Assembly (NCBI GenBank): GCA_945864585.1
Contig: CAMBCF010000001.1
Span: 3,825-67,824 of the forward strand
Source: Bordetella parapertussis
GTDB lineage: Bacteria; Pseudomonadota; Gammaproteobacteria; Burkholderiales; SG8-41
Direction of reading: 5' to 3'
Length of the DNA stretch: 64,000 nucleotides
A model generated the notes under the pieces. The model searched no databases. It was given only the letters and a program-made list of their open reading frames with translations, and had not been told where the DNA came from. Made by a program: the position numbers and the translations under genes. Below, piece after piece: positions 35,621 to 45,676 of this stretch. The first letter of the stretch is position 1. The number at the start of each line of letters is the position of its first letter.

Positions 35621-36850
35621 ATGAAAACTTACACCGTCGGCGGTGCGGTGCGCGATGAGCTGCTGGGTCTGCCGGTGGCGGATCGCGACTACGTGGTGAT
35701 CGGCGCCACGCCGCAACAGATGGCGGCACTGGGTTACAAAGCCGTGGGCCGCGATTTTCCGGTTTTTCTGCATCCGCAAACACACGAGGAATACGCGCTG
35801 GCGCGCACCGAGCGCAAAACCGCGCGCGGTTATCACGGTTTTGCGTTTCACGCCGCGCCCGAGGTCACGCTGGAGCAGGACCTTGCGCGGCGCGATCTCA
35901 CCATCAACGCCATGGCCAAAGATGAGCACGGTGCGCTGATCGATCCTTTCAACGGCGCGGCGGATCTCAGGGCGCGCGTGCTGCGCCATGTCAGCCCGGC
36001 GTTTGCCGAAGACCCGGTGCGTATTTTGCGGCTGGCGCGTTTTGCCGCGCGATTCGCACGCTTGGGATTTACGCTTGCCGACGAAACCCTGACCTTGATG
36101 CGGCACATGGTCAGAGAGGGTGAAGTGGACACACTGGTGGCTGAACGCGTGTGGCAGGAGCTCTCACGCGGCCTGATGGAGGCAAAACCCTCGCGCATGT
36201 TCGACACGCTGCGCGCGTGCGGCGCATTGGCGCGTGTGCTGCCGGAAGTGGATGCGCTTTTCGGCGTGCGGCAACGCGCCGATCATCATCCGGAAGTCGA
36301 TACCGGTGTGCATGTGATGATGGTGGTTGATTACGCGGCAGGCCGCGATTACGCGCTGGAGGTGCGCTTCGCGGCGCTGACCCACGATCTGGGCAAAGGC
36401 GTTACACCGCCGGCGGAGTGGCCGCGCCACATCGCGCATGAAGCACGCAGCGTTGAACGGGTGGCCGCACTGTGCGAAAGGTTGCGGGTACCGGCCGCCT
36501 GCCGCGACCTTGCGCTGATCATGGCGCAACAGCACGGCAACTTTCATCGTGCCGCGGAGTTGCGGCCCGGCACCATAGTGCAGTTGTTGCAAAGCGCCGA
36601 TGCCTTTCGTAAACCGCAGCGTTTTACACACCTGTTGCAGGCCTGCGAAAGCGATGCGCGCGGGCGGCTGGGGTTTAGCGACCGCCCGTACCCGCAGGCG
36701 CAGCGCCTGACGGCTGCGTTTGAGGCAGCGGCTGCGGTTGATTCGGGCGCCGTTGCAAAACAATACCAGGAACCCGAGCGCATCAAGGACGCCATCCATC
36801 AGGCGCGCGTCGCGGCGGTGCGTGCAGCGTTGCGTGAAACGGAAGATTGA
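35621..36850 (+). CDS. cca: Multifunctional CCA-adding tRNA nucleotidyltransferase (with HD domain)
   Basis: MKTYTVGGAVRDELLGLPVADRDYVV...RDLTINAMA, HD domain HDLGK. Confidence 0.93.
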   Translation: MKTYTVGGAVRDELLGLPVADRDYVVIGATPQQMAALGYKAVGRDFPVFLHPQTHEEYALARTERKTARGYHGFAFHAAPEVTLEQDLARRDLTINAMAKDEHGALIDPFNGAADLRARVLRHVSPAFAEDPVRILRLARFAARFARLGFTLADETLTLMRHMVREGEVDTLVAERVWQELSRGLMEAKPSRMFDTLRACGALARVLPEVDALFGVRQRADHHPEVDTGVHVMMVVDYAAGRDYALEVRFAALTHDLGKGVTPPAEWPRHIAHEARSVERVAALCERLRVPAACRDLALIMAQQHGNFHRAAELRPGTIVQLLQSADAFRKPQRFTHLLQACESDARGRLGFSDRPYPQAQRLTAAFEAAAAVDSGAVAKQYQEPERIKDAIHQARVAAVRAALRETED

Positions 36851-37066
36851 AACAAAGACCGGCTCTACCGGGTGCTGGACAATCACCTGAAACAGCATCA
36901 ATATTTGGCTGGCGAGTATTCGAAAGCCGACATGGCGACCTACCCATGGGTGGCGCGTTACGAGTGACACAAAACGGACCTGGCCTCGGTGCCGCATGTC
37001 AAACGCTGGTTCGACGCGATTTCGGCGCGGCCCGCGGTGCAACGCGGCATGGCGGTGCCGGGTTAA
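36851..37066 (+). pseudogene. C-terminal fragment of a YghU/Nu-class-like glutathione S-transferase with an internal stop
   Basis: The frame directly after the cca stop reads [73 protein letters not shown] at 36965-36967 sits where family members have Trp. Confidence 0.7.
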
Positions 37067-37092
37067 ACTGTTATGACCAAAAGGGGTGAGAC

Positions 37093-37581
37093 ATGAAACA
37101 CAACAAGTTTTCGCAGCGGCGCAGACAGGTGATGGCAATGGGTGCGGGCGCATTGACGGCGCCCGCGGTGGTGATGGCGGCGCCGGAACTGGAAGGGAAA
37201 CTGTCTCCGGCGGCAGACAGAATTATCGTTTCCGGCCGCATCCTCGGCGCCTCCGCCGGCCAACCGCTGGCGGGTGCGCAAGTGGAAATCTGGCAGGCCG
37301 ATGCCCGCGGCGTGCGTGCCGAACACACGCGCGAGGTCGTCACCGCCGATGGCGACGGACGCTATTTCGCGGCACTCAACGGCAATGCGCTGCGGCTGCA
37401 CTATCGCGTGAGCCATCAGGGTTACACCGCGCGCGTGACGCAATTGCACACCACCGGCACGCCACAGCGCTCGGTAACCTTGAGCCGCGATGATGCAGGC
37501 GCCACTCGCGCGGCGTTTGAATTGACCCTCGCGCCGGGCAACAAGCTGGCGTCGGCCGCGCCGGATTACATCGCGCTGTAG
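37093..37581 (+). CDS. Tat-signal protein, degenerate paralogue of the intradiol dioxygenase-like gene that follows
   Basis: The twin-arginine leader SQRRRQVMAMGAG. ...VSGRILGASAGQPLAGAQVEIWQAD...DGDGRY...LHYRVSH aligns to the downstream gene but lacks GPFY and RPRHIH. Confidence 0.6.
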   Translation: MKHNKFSQRRRQVMAMGAGALTAPAVVMAAPELEGKLSPAADRIIVSGRILGASAGQPLAGAQVEIWQADARGVRAEHTREVVTADGDGRYFAALNGNALRLHYRVSHQGYTARVTQLHTTGTPQRSVTLSRDDAGATRAAFELTLAPGNKLASAAPDYIAL

Positions 37582-37621
37582 ATACAAGGGCGGGTTAGGT
37601 GTAGCCGTAAACCGCCAACGC

Positions 37622-38197
37622 GTGCATACCCGCGATAACATTTCCCGCCGCCGCCGGCAACTGCTGTTCGCCGGCTGCGTGGGACTCGTCATTCTCCCGG
37701 CCGCTGCGCAGCAATGCCGCGGCACGCCGCGCGATCAACTCGGCCCGTTCTATACACGCGGCGCACCCGAGCAAAGCGAATTATGTGAGAGCGGCTCCGG
37801 CGGCAGGGAGCGGCTGATGGTTAGCGGGCGTGTCCTCGGCGCCGACTGCAAACCGCTTGCCGGCGCGCTGGTCGAGGTGTGGCACGCCGATGCCAACGGC
37901 GACTACAGCGAATTCACGCGCGGCAAGAAGGATGATCCCGCGTGCCTGTTGCGCGCGAGTCTCAAAACCGATGCCGACGGACGATACGTTTTTTCGAGCA
38001 TAGTGCCGGCGGAATACCCGGGACGCCCGCGCCACATCCACTATCGCGTGAGTCATGCGGCGCACGCCACGCTGGTGACGCAACTTTACTTTGGGCGCGA
38101 GCGTGGTGTGGCGGATGAACTCATCGCGAACTTGCAACGCGACGCCCAAGGCGCCGCGCGGGCGGCGTTTGACGTTACGTTGTCGCGGGCGGGCTAG
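37622..38197 (+). CDS. Intradiol ring-cleavage dioxygenase-family protein with Tat signal
   Basis: SRRRRQLLFAG leader, GPFY, VEVWHADANGDY, GRPRHIHYRV, LVTQLYF. GTG start. Confidence 0.8.
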   Translation: MHTRDNISRRRRQLLFAGCVGLVILPAAAQQCRGTPRDQLGPFYTRGAPEQSELCESGSGGRERLMVSGRVLGADCKPLAGALVEVWHADANGDYSEFTRGKKDDPACLLRASLKTDADGRYVFSSIVPAEYPGRPRHIHYRVSHAAHATLVTQLYFGRERGVADELIANLQRDAQGAARAAFDVTLSRAG

Positions 38198-38206
38198 TGC
38201 GCCGGT

Positions 38207-39124
38207 TCACTGTGCCGGCTCCGGATCAAACTCCGCCAGATTGCGGCTGGCCGACAGCCACGCGCCAAGCCAGCCGAGCGCGGCGGCGATCAGGAGCAGG
38301 CTTAGGGTGTCGGGCGTCGAGAGGTGATGCAGCTTGAGGTTCGCGCCATAAAATTCGGCGAGGCCGGCCAGGCGGCCATTCAGCAGATGCAGCCCGCCCC
38401 AGGTGATCAGCCAGCCGCTCGCGCCACCGGCCAGACCTAACACCGTGCCGTAGTACAAAAACGGGCGACGGATGAACGGGTTGGTGGCGCCTATCAATTT
38501 GGCGACTTCGATTTCGGCGCGCTGGGTAAGTATCTGCAGGCGGATGGTATTGAAGGTTACTGCCACCAGCGCGCATGCCAGCAATGCACCCAGCACCAGC
38601 ACCATCAGCCGGCCCAATTGCAATGTCGCATCCAGCCGCCGTGCCCATGCCGAATCCAGCTGCACATGTTCGATTTTGGGCCAGACTTTGAATTCATCAC
38701 GCAGTCGTTCGAGTGCGGCGACAGTGTTGTCTTTTGCGTCCACCACGAAACCATCCGGCAGCGGATTACGGCCGAGGCTGCTGATGACGTCGGTCAGCCC
38801 TGAACTGGCCTTTAAATCCTCCAGCGCCTGAGCGCGCGCGATGAATCTGAATTTGCTCACGCCGGCATGTCGTTGCAAACGGCTGGCGATCTCGCGCGTG
38901 TCGGTGTCCTGCGCTTCCAATAGCAGAAACAGGCTCACTTGCGGCGCGGGCGAGCTGTCGCGCGCGATGTCCTGCACATTCACCAGCACCACATAAAGCG
39001 CCAGCGGCAATGCCAGCGCTGCGCCGACCACGCCGATGTTAAGCAGGCTCGCCAACGGCGTGCGCGCGAGGCGCGCCAGCGTGGCGGCGAGACCCAGCCA
39101 GTGCTGGCGCAGCCAGTTTCTCAT
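38207..39124 (-). CDS. ftsX: Cell division permease-like protein FtsX
   Basis: 4-TM FtsX topology. It overlaps the ftsE stop by 4 nt. Confidence 0.9.
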   Translation of the reverse strand: MRNWLRQHWLGLAATLARLARTPLASLLNIGVVGAALALPLALYVVLVNVQDIARDSSPAPQVSLFLLLEAQDTDTREIASRLQRHAGVSKFRFIARAQALEDLKASSGLTDVISSLGRNPLPDGFVVDAKDNTVAALERLRDEFKVWPKIEHVQLDSAWARRLDATLQLGRLMVLVLGALLACALVAVTFNTIRLQILTQRAEIEVAKLIGATNPFIRRPFLYYGTVLGLAGGASGWLITWGGLHLLNGRLAGLAEFYGANLKLHHLSTPDTLSLLLIAAALGWLGAWLSASRNLAEFDPEPAQ

Positions 39125-39789
39125 GCAGTGGCCTCGCCTTGCACCAGCTTGCCGTGTTCGAGCGCGATGCAGCGCGGCTGCAAGCGCGCGGCGAGCCGTT
39201 CATCGTGCGTGGCGATAACCACCGTAACGCCGACCTGATGAAACGAGCGCAGCAACTCGCCGAGCTCCAGCGCATAGGCCGCGTCGAGATTCGCTGTGGG
39301 CTCGTCCGCCAGCAAAATCGCAGGCCGGTGCACTATGGCGCGCGCGATGGCGAGCCGTTGCTGCTCACCACCGGAGAGCGTGACCGGTAGCGACTTCTCT
39401 TTGCCCAGCAAACCCACTTTGTCGAGCGCGGCGCGTACCCGTCTGGCGGCGTCGGCGGCCTGATAGCCGATGATGTCCAGCGGCAGCATCACATTCTGGT
39501 ACACGTTACGGTCATACAGCAATTTGTGATCCTGAAACATCAGGCCAAAATTACGCCGCACATACGGAATCGCCGAAGCGCGCAGCGTGCCGACGTTCTG
39601 GCCCTTCACCAGCACCGTACCGGAATTGGGTCGCTCAATCGCCGCCATCAGTTTGAGTAGTGTGCTTTTGCCCGCGCCGGAGTGTCCGGTGATGCACACC
39701 ATTTCGCCGGCCTGAATTTCCAGCGTGACCGACTTCAGCGCCTCAAAGCCGCCGGGGTAGCGTTTGGTGACGTGGCTGAAAGAAATCAT
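39121..39789 (-). CDS. ftsE: Cell division ATP-binding protein FtsE
   Basis: [13 protein letters not shown] Walker [15 protein letters not shown] signature. Confidence 0.95.
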   Translation of the reverse strand: MISFSHVTKRYPGGFEALKSVTLEIQAGEMVCITGHSGAGKSTLLKLMAAIERPNSGTVLVKGQNVGTLRASAIPYVRRNFGLMFQDHKLLYDRNVYQNVMLPLDIIGYQAADAARRVRAALDKVGLLGKEKSLPVTLSGGEQQRLAIARAIVHRPAILLADEPTANLDAAYALELGELLRSFHQVGVTVVIATHDERLAARLQPRCIALEHGKLVQGEATA

Positions 39790-39794
39790 AAGGG

Positions 39795-39876
39795 CAGGAC
39801 TGAGGATTGAGGACTGAGGACTGAGTAACCTCTGCGCAGAGGTTACTCTATCCTAAGTCCTCAGTCCTCAGTCCTG
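39795..39876. repeat. 82-bp near-perfect palindrome built of TGAGGAC heptamers, between ftsY and ftsE
   Basis: The 40-nt arms match at 36/40 positions around the central ctctgCGcagag. The ftsY stop codon (39868-39870) lies inside one arm, and the ftsE ATG lies 6 nt beyond the other. Confidence 0.9.
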
Positions 39877-40872
39877 AAGTAAAGCCGCCACAAACTCAGC
39901 CGCTTTGAACGGACGTAAATCCTCTAACCCTTCGCCCACGCCGATAAAGCGCACGGGTATCGGTAGTGCGCCCGCTTTCCGCGCGCGCACATGCGCGATG
40001 GCGGCAATCACACCCCCCTTGGCGGTGCCGTCGAGCTTGGTCAACACCAGACCGGTGACGCCCAGCGTGTCATCAAACGCTTTCACCTGCGCCAGCGCGT
40101 TCTGGCCGTTGTTGGCGTCGAGCACGATCAGTATCTCGTGCGGCGCGCCGGGCAGCGCTTTGTCGATAACGCGCTTCACCTTTTTTATTTCATCCATCAG
40201 ATTCAGTTGCGTCGGCAGGCGTCCTGCGGTATCCGCCAGCACCACGTCGATACCGCGCGCCACCGCCGCATGCATCGCGTCAAACATCACCGCCGCTGCG
40301 TCACCCGAGGCCTGGCTGATGACCGCGACGTTGTTGCGTTCGCCCCACGCCATCAATTGTTCGCGCGCCGCCGCGCGAAAGGTGTCGCCTGCCGCGAGCA
40401 ACACTTTTTTGCCCTGCGCCTGATAGTAGTGCGCGAGCTTGCCTATCGAGGTGGTTTTACCGGCGCCGTTCACCCCCGCCAGCATGATGACAAATGGCTT
40501 GTGCGTGCCCACATCCAGCGGCTGCTCTATGGGCTTTAGCATCGCGGTGAGGTTTTCCGCCAGCGCCTGTTTGAGTTGCACGGCGTCGGTATAGCGTTCG
40601 CGCCGCGCTTGCGCGCGCAGGGCGTCTATCAGGAAAGCGGTGGCTGTCACGCCTACGTCGGCGGACAGCAGCACCGTTTCGAGTTCGAGGTAAAACGCCT
40701 CGTCGAGCTTGCGCCCCGCGCCAAACAGCCCGGCGACCTGTGCGCCGAGTTTTTCGCGCGTTTTTGCAAGCCCCGACTTCAGCCGCGTGAGCCAGCCGCC
40801 GGAAGGCGTGCCGGCTTCGCCAGCAACCGCGGGCGCCGCATCTTTGTCTTTGGATTTGAGGAAACCAAACAT
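39868..40872 (-). CDS. ftsY: Signal recognition particle receptor FtsY
   Basis: MFGFLKSKDKD..., GVNGAGKTTSIGKLA, DTAGRL, TKLDGTAKGG. This is only the 3-prime 1005 nt of the 949-aa track ORF. Confidence 0.93.
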   Translation of the reverse strand: MFGFLKSKDKDAAPAVAGEAGTPSGGWLTRLKSGLAKTREKLGAQVAGLFGAGRKLDEAFYLELETVLLSADVGVTATAFLIDALRAQARRERYTDAVQLKQALAENLTAMLKPIEQPLDVGTHKPFVIMLAGVNGAGKTTSIGKLAHYYQAQGKKVLLAAGDTFRAAAREQLMAWGERNNVAVISQASGDAAAVMFDAMHAAVARGIDVVLADTAGRLPTQLNLMDEIKKVKRVIDKALPGAPHEILIVLDANNGQNALAQVKAFDDTLGVTGLVLTKLDGTAKGGVIAAIAHVRARKAGALPIPVRFIGVGEGLEDLRPFKAAEFVAALLQD

Positions 40873-40983
40873 CGGAAGTCGTGTCAGAAGCGAAGTCGGG
40901 CGCCAAGAGGTGTTACTCGGCGCGCTGTAATTGGATACAATTCTACCCGAAACATTTTGCAGGTCTCTCCCCCGGTGGTGCTT

Positions 40984-42393
40984 ATGTTGAATAATCTGAA
41001 TAAATGGATGGCGCGGCATGTCGCGCTCGGCGTGGTTGCGTTTTGCGTGCAGGCGGGGCTGCCAGCCACGGTGCACGCTGCCGACGCCAGCGTGGGTGAA
41101 CACGTTCTCTCCAACGGCATGCGCGTGATCGTCAAGACCGACCGCCGTGCGCCGGTGGTGGTGTCTATGGTTTGGTACAAGGTGGGCAGTGTGGACGAGG
41201 TGAACGGCGTCACCGGCGTCGCGCATGTGCTTGAGCACATGATGTTCAAGGGTACCAAAACCAATCCCAAGGCGGATTTTTCCAAACTGGTGGCGGCGGT
41301 GGGCGGGCGCGACAACGCGTTTACCGGCCGCGATTACACCGGCTATTTTCAGACGGTGCAAAAATCGCAATTGCCGCTGATGCTCAGGATGGAGGCCGAT
41401 CGCATGGTCAACACCCTGATCACGCAGGAGGAATTCAGCAAGGAAATCAAAGTGGTGATGGAAGAGCGGCGCATGCGCACCGACGACCGCGCACGTTCCG
41501 TGGTGTATGAGCAATTGATGGCGACGGCTTTGCGTGCGCATCCCTACCGCGCGCCGGTGGTGGGCTGGATGAGCGACCTGCAAAGCATGAACGCCGAAGA
41601 CGCGCGCGCCTTCTATGAAAAATGGTACGCGCCCAACAACGCCACGCTGGTGGTGGTGGGCGACGTGTCGCATGACGAGGTGTTCAGGCTGGCGCAGGAA
41701 CATTTCGGGCCGCACAAAATCAAAACCTTGCCGCAGCGTAAACCGCAGGACGAGCCGCCGCAGACCGGCATCCGCCGCATCACCGTCAAAGCCCCCGCCG
41801 AACAGCCGTATTTTTTGATGGCGTACCGCGCGCCCAAACTGCTGGACCCCGAAAAAGACTGGGAGCCGTACGCACTCGACATGCTGGCCAGCGTGCTCGA
41901 CGGCAACGGCGCGTCGCGCTTCAGCCGCGAACTCATACGCGGCACACAAATCGCCAGCAGCGTGGATGCCAGCTACGATGGCGTGGGCCGCGGCCCGGCG
42001 TTCTTTTATTTTTCGGGTGTGCCCACCTCGGGCAAAACGCTGGCAGAACTGGAGCAGGCGGTGCGCGGCGAAGTCAAAAAAATCATCGACGACGGCGTCA
42101 CCGAAGATGAACTCAAGCGCATCAAGGCCCAGGTCATCGCCTCGCGCGTGTATGAACGCGATTCCATGTTTTTCCAGGCGCGCCAGATAGGCTCGATGGA
42201 AACCTCGGGCTATTCGTACAAGACGATTGATCTTATGACCGAAAAATTCAAAGCCGTCACCGCCGAACAAGTGCGCGAAGTTGCGCGCAAATATTTGATC
42301 GACGATGTGTTGACCGTGGCCTATCTCGATCCACAGCCGGCAGGCGAAAGAAAGCCCGCGGCGCCTACAGCCGGAGCACGTCATGCGCAGTAA
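40984..42393 (+). CDS. M16 (pitrilysin) family zinc peptidase, catalytic-type subunit
   Basis: The signal peptide and the HVLEHMMFKGT (HxxEH) motif. Start at MLNNLNKWM. Confidence 0.88.
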   Translation: MLNNLNKWMARHVALGVVAFCVQAGLPATVHAADASVGEHVLSNGMRVIVKTDRRAPVVVSMVWYKVGSVDEVNGVTGVAHVLEHMMFKGTKTNPKADFSKLVAAVGGRDNAFTGRDYTGYFQTVQKSQLPLMLRMEADRMVNTLITQEEFSKEIKVVMEERRMRTDDRARSVVYEQLMATALRAHPYRAPVVGWMSDLQSMNAEDARAFYEKWYAPNNATLVVVGDVSHDEVFRLAQEHFGPHKIKTLPQRKPQDEPPQTGIRRITVKAPAEQPYFLMAYRAPKLLDPEKDWEPYALDMLASVLDGNGASRFSRELIRGTQIASSVDASYDGVGRGPAFFYFSGVPTSGKTLAELEQAVRGEVKKIIDDGVTEDELKRIKAQVIASRVYERDSMFFQARQIGSMETSGYSYKTIDLMTEKFKAVTAEQVREVARKYLIDDVLTVAYLDPQPAGERKPAAPTAGARHAQ

Positions 42394-43720
42394 GTTATTG
42401 TTTTTATTAATTATTCTTGTTATTCCAGGCGCAGCGCAGGCCATTCTGCCGATCCAGCATTGGCAAACGGCCAATGGCGCACGCGTATATTTCGTCGCAA
42501 ACCGCGATCTGCCGATGCTCGATCTGAGCATCGATTTCGCTGCCGGCTCGGGCTTCGACCGCAGCGAAAAACCCGGCGTCGCGAGCATGACCAACCGCGT
42601 CATGCGCCTCGGCGCCGAGGGCATGACCGAAGACGAAATCGCCAGCAAAACCGCTGACGTGGGTGCGGGGATTTCAGGGCGTTTTGACAGCGACCGCGCG
42701 GGCCTCTCCCTGCGCACGCTGTCGAGCCGCGCGGAGCGCGAGCAGGCGCTGCAGGTCTACACGCGCATTTTGCACAAGCCGCTGTTTCCGCAACCTGCGT
42801 TTGAGCGTGAAAAAACGCGGCTCATCGGCGCGCTCAAGGAATCTGATATTCAGCCGGGCACCATAGCGGGACTGACGTTTAACCGCTTGATGTATAGCGC
42901 GCATCCCTACGGACTGCGTGCGTCGGGCGACGTTGAATCGGTGGGCAAAATTACCCGCGACGATCTTACTGCGTTTTACCGGCGTCACTACGTTGCGCGC
43001 AACGCCGTAATCGCCATCATGGGCGACGTTTCGCGTGATGAGGCCAACGCCATTGCCGAGCGCATCACCGCGGGTCTGCCCCAGCCGGACGGGCGTGTAG
43101 CGCCGGTGCTGCCGCCGGTGGAAGCGCAAGCGCAAAAGGTAACGCGCCTGATCCCGCATCACGCGTCGCAAAGCCACATCCTCATCGGCGCCATCGGCAT
43201 TGCGCGCAATGACCCGGATTATTTTCCCTTGTTCGTCGGCAACTACGTGCTGGGCGGCGGCGGATTTGCCTCGCGCATCAACGAAGAAGTGCGGCAAAAG
43301 CGCGGCCTCGCCTATTCGGCGTACAGTTATTTTTCGCCGTTGGCGCAAAAAGGCTCGTTCGTCATCGGCATGCAGACGCGCAAGGATCAGGCGCAGGAAG
43401 CGCTCGATGTCACGCTTAAAACCCTGCGCGATTTTGTGGCGCATGGCCCGACCGCGAAAGAACTGCAGGACGCCAAGGCCAACCTCATCGGCGGCTTTCC
43501 GTTGCGCATCGACAACAACCGCAAGATTCATGAATATCTGGGCGTGATCGGTTTCTACAATCTGCCGCTGAAGTATCTGGATGAATTTACCGGCAACATC
43601 GAGCGCGTAACCGCCGCCGACATCAAGCGCGCCTTTGCCGCGCGCATAGACCCCGACAAGCTGATCACGGTGGTGGTGGGTGCTGAAGGCGCTGAAAAAG
43701 CGGCAGCCGCGCCGAAATAA
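42383..43720 (+). CDS. M16 family peptidase-like protein (no HxxEH; non-catalytic partner)
   Basis: The M16 fold and length, with signal peptide MRSKLLFLLIILVIPGAAQA. It overlaps the upstream gene by 11 nt. Confidence 0.85.
   Translation: MRSKLLFLLIILVIPGAAQAILPIQHWQTANGARVYFVANRDLPMLDLSIDFAAGSGFDRSEKPGVASMTNRVMRLGAEGMTEDEIASKTADVGAGISGRFDSDRAGLSLRTLSSRAEREQALQVYTRILHKPLFPQPAFEREKTRLIGALKESDIQPGTIAGLTFNRLMYSAHPYGLRASGDVESVGKITRDDLTAFYRRHYVARNAVIAIMGDVSRDEANAIAERITAGLPQPDGRVAPVLPPVEAQAQKVTRLIPHHASQSHILIGAIGIARNDPDYFPLFVGNYVLGGGGFASRINEEVRQKRGLAYSAYSYFSPLAQKGSFVIGMQTRKDQAQEALDVTLKTLRDFVAHGPTAKELQDAKANLIGGFPLRIDNNRKIHEYLGVIGFYNLPLKYLDEFTGNIERVTAADIKRAFAARIDPDKLITVVVGAEGAEKAAAAPK
42391..42410 (+). 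promoter_or_regulatory. AT-rich box copy 5 (TAAGTTATTGTTTTTATTAA)
   Basis: Its TAA is the stop of the first M16 gene. The rest encodes KLLFLLI of the second gene's signal peptide. Confidence 0.5.
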
Positions 43721-43739
43721 GTGTCGTGACTGAAGCTGT

Positions 43740-45059
<1,320 letters not shown>

Positions 45060-45106
45060 TATAATTATGGGGCAAGAAGAACGCAGCCCGGTAAAAGTAA
45101 CGCCCT

Positions 45107-45676
45107 ATGAGTGCGACTGAAAAAGCCACGGACTCAATGCTAACCCGCGAAACGATACTTCGTGGGTTGCAGGCGTTGTCTGACGCATTGGAAAAACACG
45201 GCGTGACGGGTGAAGTTTGCCTGTTTGGCGGCACCGTCATGGTGCTGGCTTTTAGCGCGCGGCTGATGACGAAAGATGTGGATGCGCTATTCCAACCCAC
45301 CCGGACCATTCGCGAGCTCGCCCGCCGTATCGCAACGGAGCAACACCTGCCTGCCGATTGGCTCAATGATGGTGTCAAGGGTTATATATCAGCTCGCCAC
45401 GAGATCACAGCAGGAAATCTCCCCCAATTTACGCATCTGCGTTTAACCATGCCAGTGCCGGAGTACCTGCTTGCAATGAAATGTATGGCTGCCCGCATCG
45501 GCACGGCTGTGGGTGAACCGACAGATGTCGCCGATATAGTGTTTCTGATCCGCCATCTGAAACTTACATCCGCGCACGCAGTGATAGAGGGCGTAGCACG
45601 TTACTATCCCGCCAATCGCATTCCGTTGAAAACGCAGTATCTGGTGGAAGGGTTGTTCGACGAGGGGAAGGTATGA
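45107..45676 (+). CDS. Minimal nucleotidyltransferase-fold protein (DUF6036/AbiEii-like)
   Basis: The CLFGGTVMVLAFSARLMTKDVDALF motif (G-G...D-x-D NTase pattern), then ...DWLND... and ...YLLAMKCMAAR....D..DI. No annotated function known to me. Confidence 0.6.
   Translation: MSATEKATDSMLTRETILRGLQALSDALEKHGVTGEVCLFGGTVMVLAFSARLMTKDVDALFQPTRTIRELARRIATEQHLPADWLNDGVKGYISARHEITAGNLPQFTHLRLTMPVPEYLLAMKCMAARIGTAVGEPTDVADIVFLIRHLKLTSAHAVIEGVARYYPANRIPLKTQYLVEGLFDEGKV

Noticed and set aside
35255-37153. 283-aa and 329-aa minus-strand ORFs
   Set aside because: They are antisense to the NDUFA9-like and cca genes and have no recognisable motifs.
39868-42717. 949-aa ORF, the longest in the track
   Set aside because: Only its last 334 codons (from MFGFLKSKDKD at 40872) are FtsY. 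The rest is antisense to the well-supported M16 peptidase genes (HxxEH motif on the plus strand) and has Arg/Ala/His-rich shadow-ORF composition.
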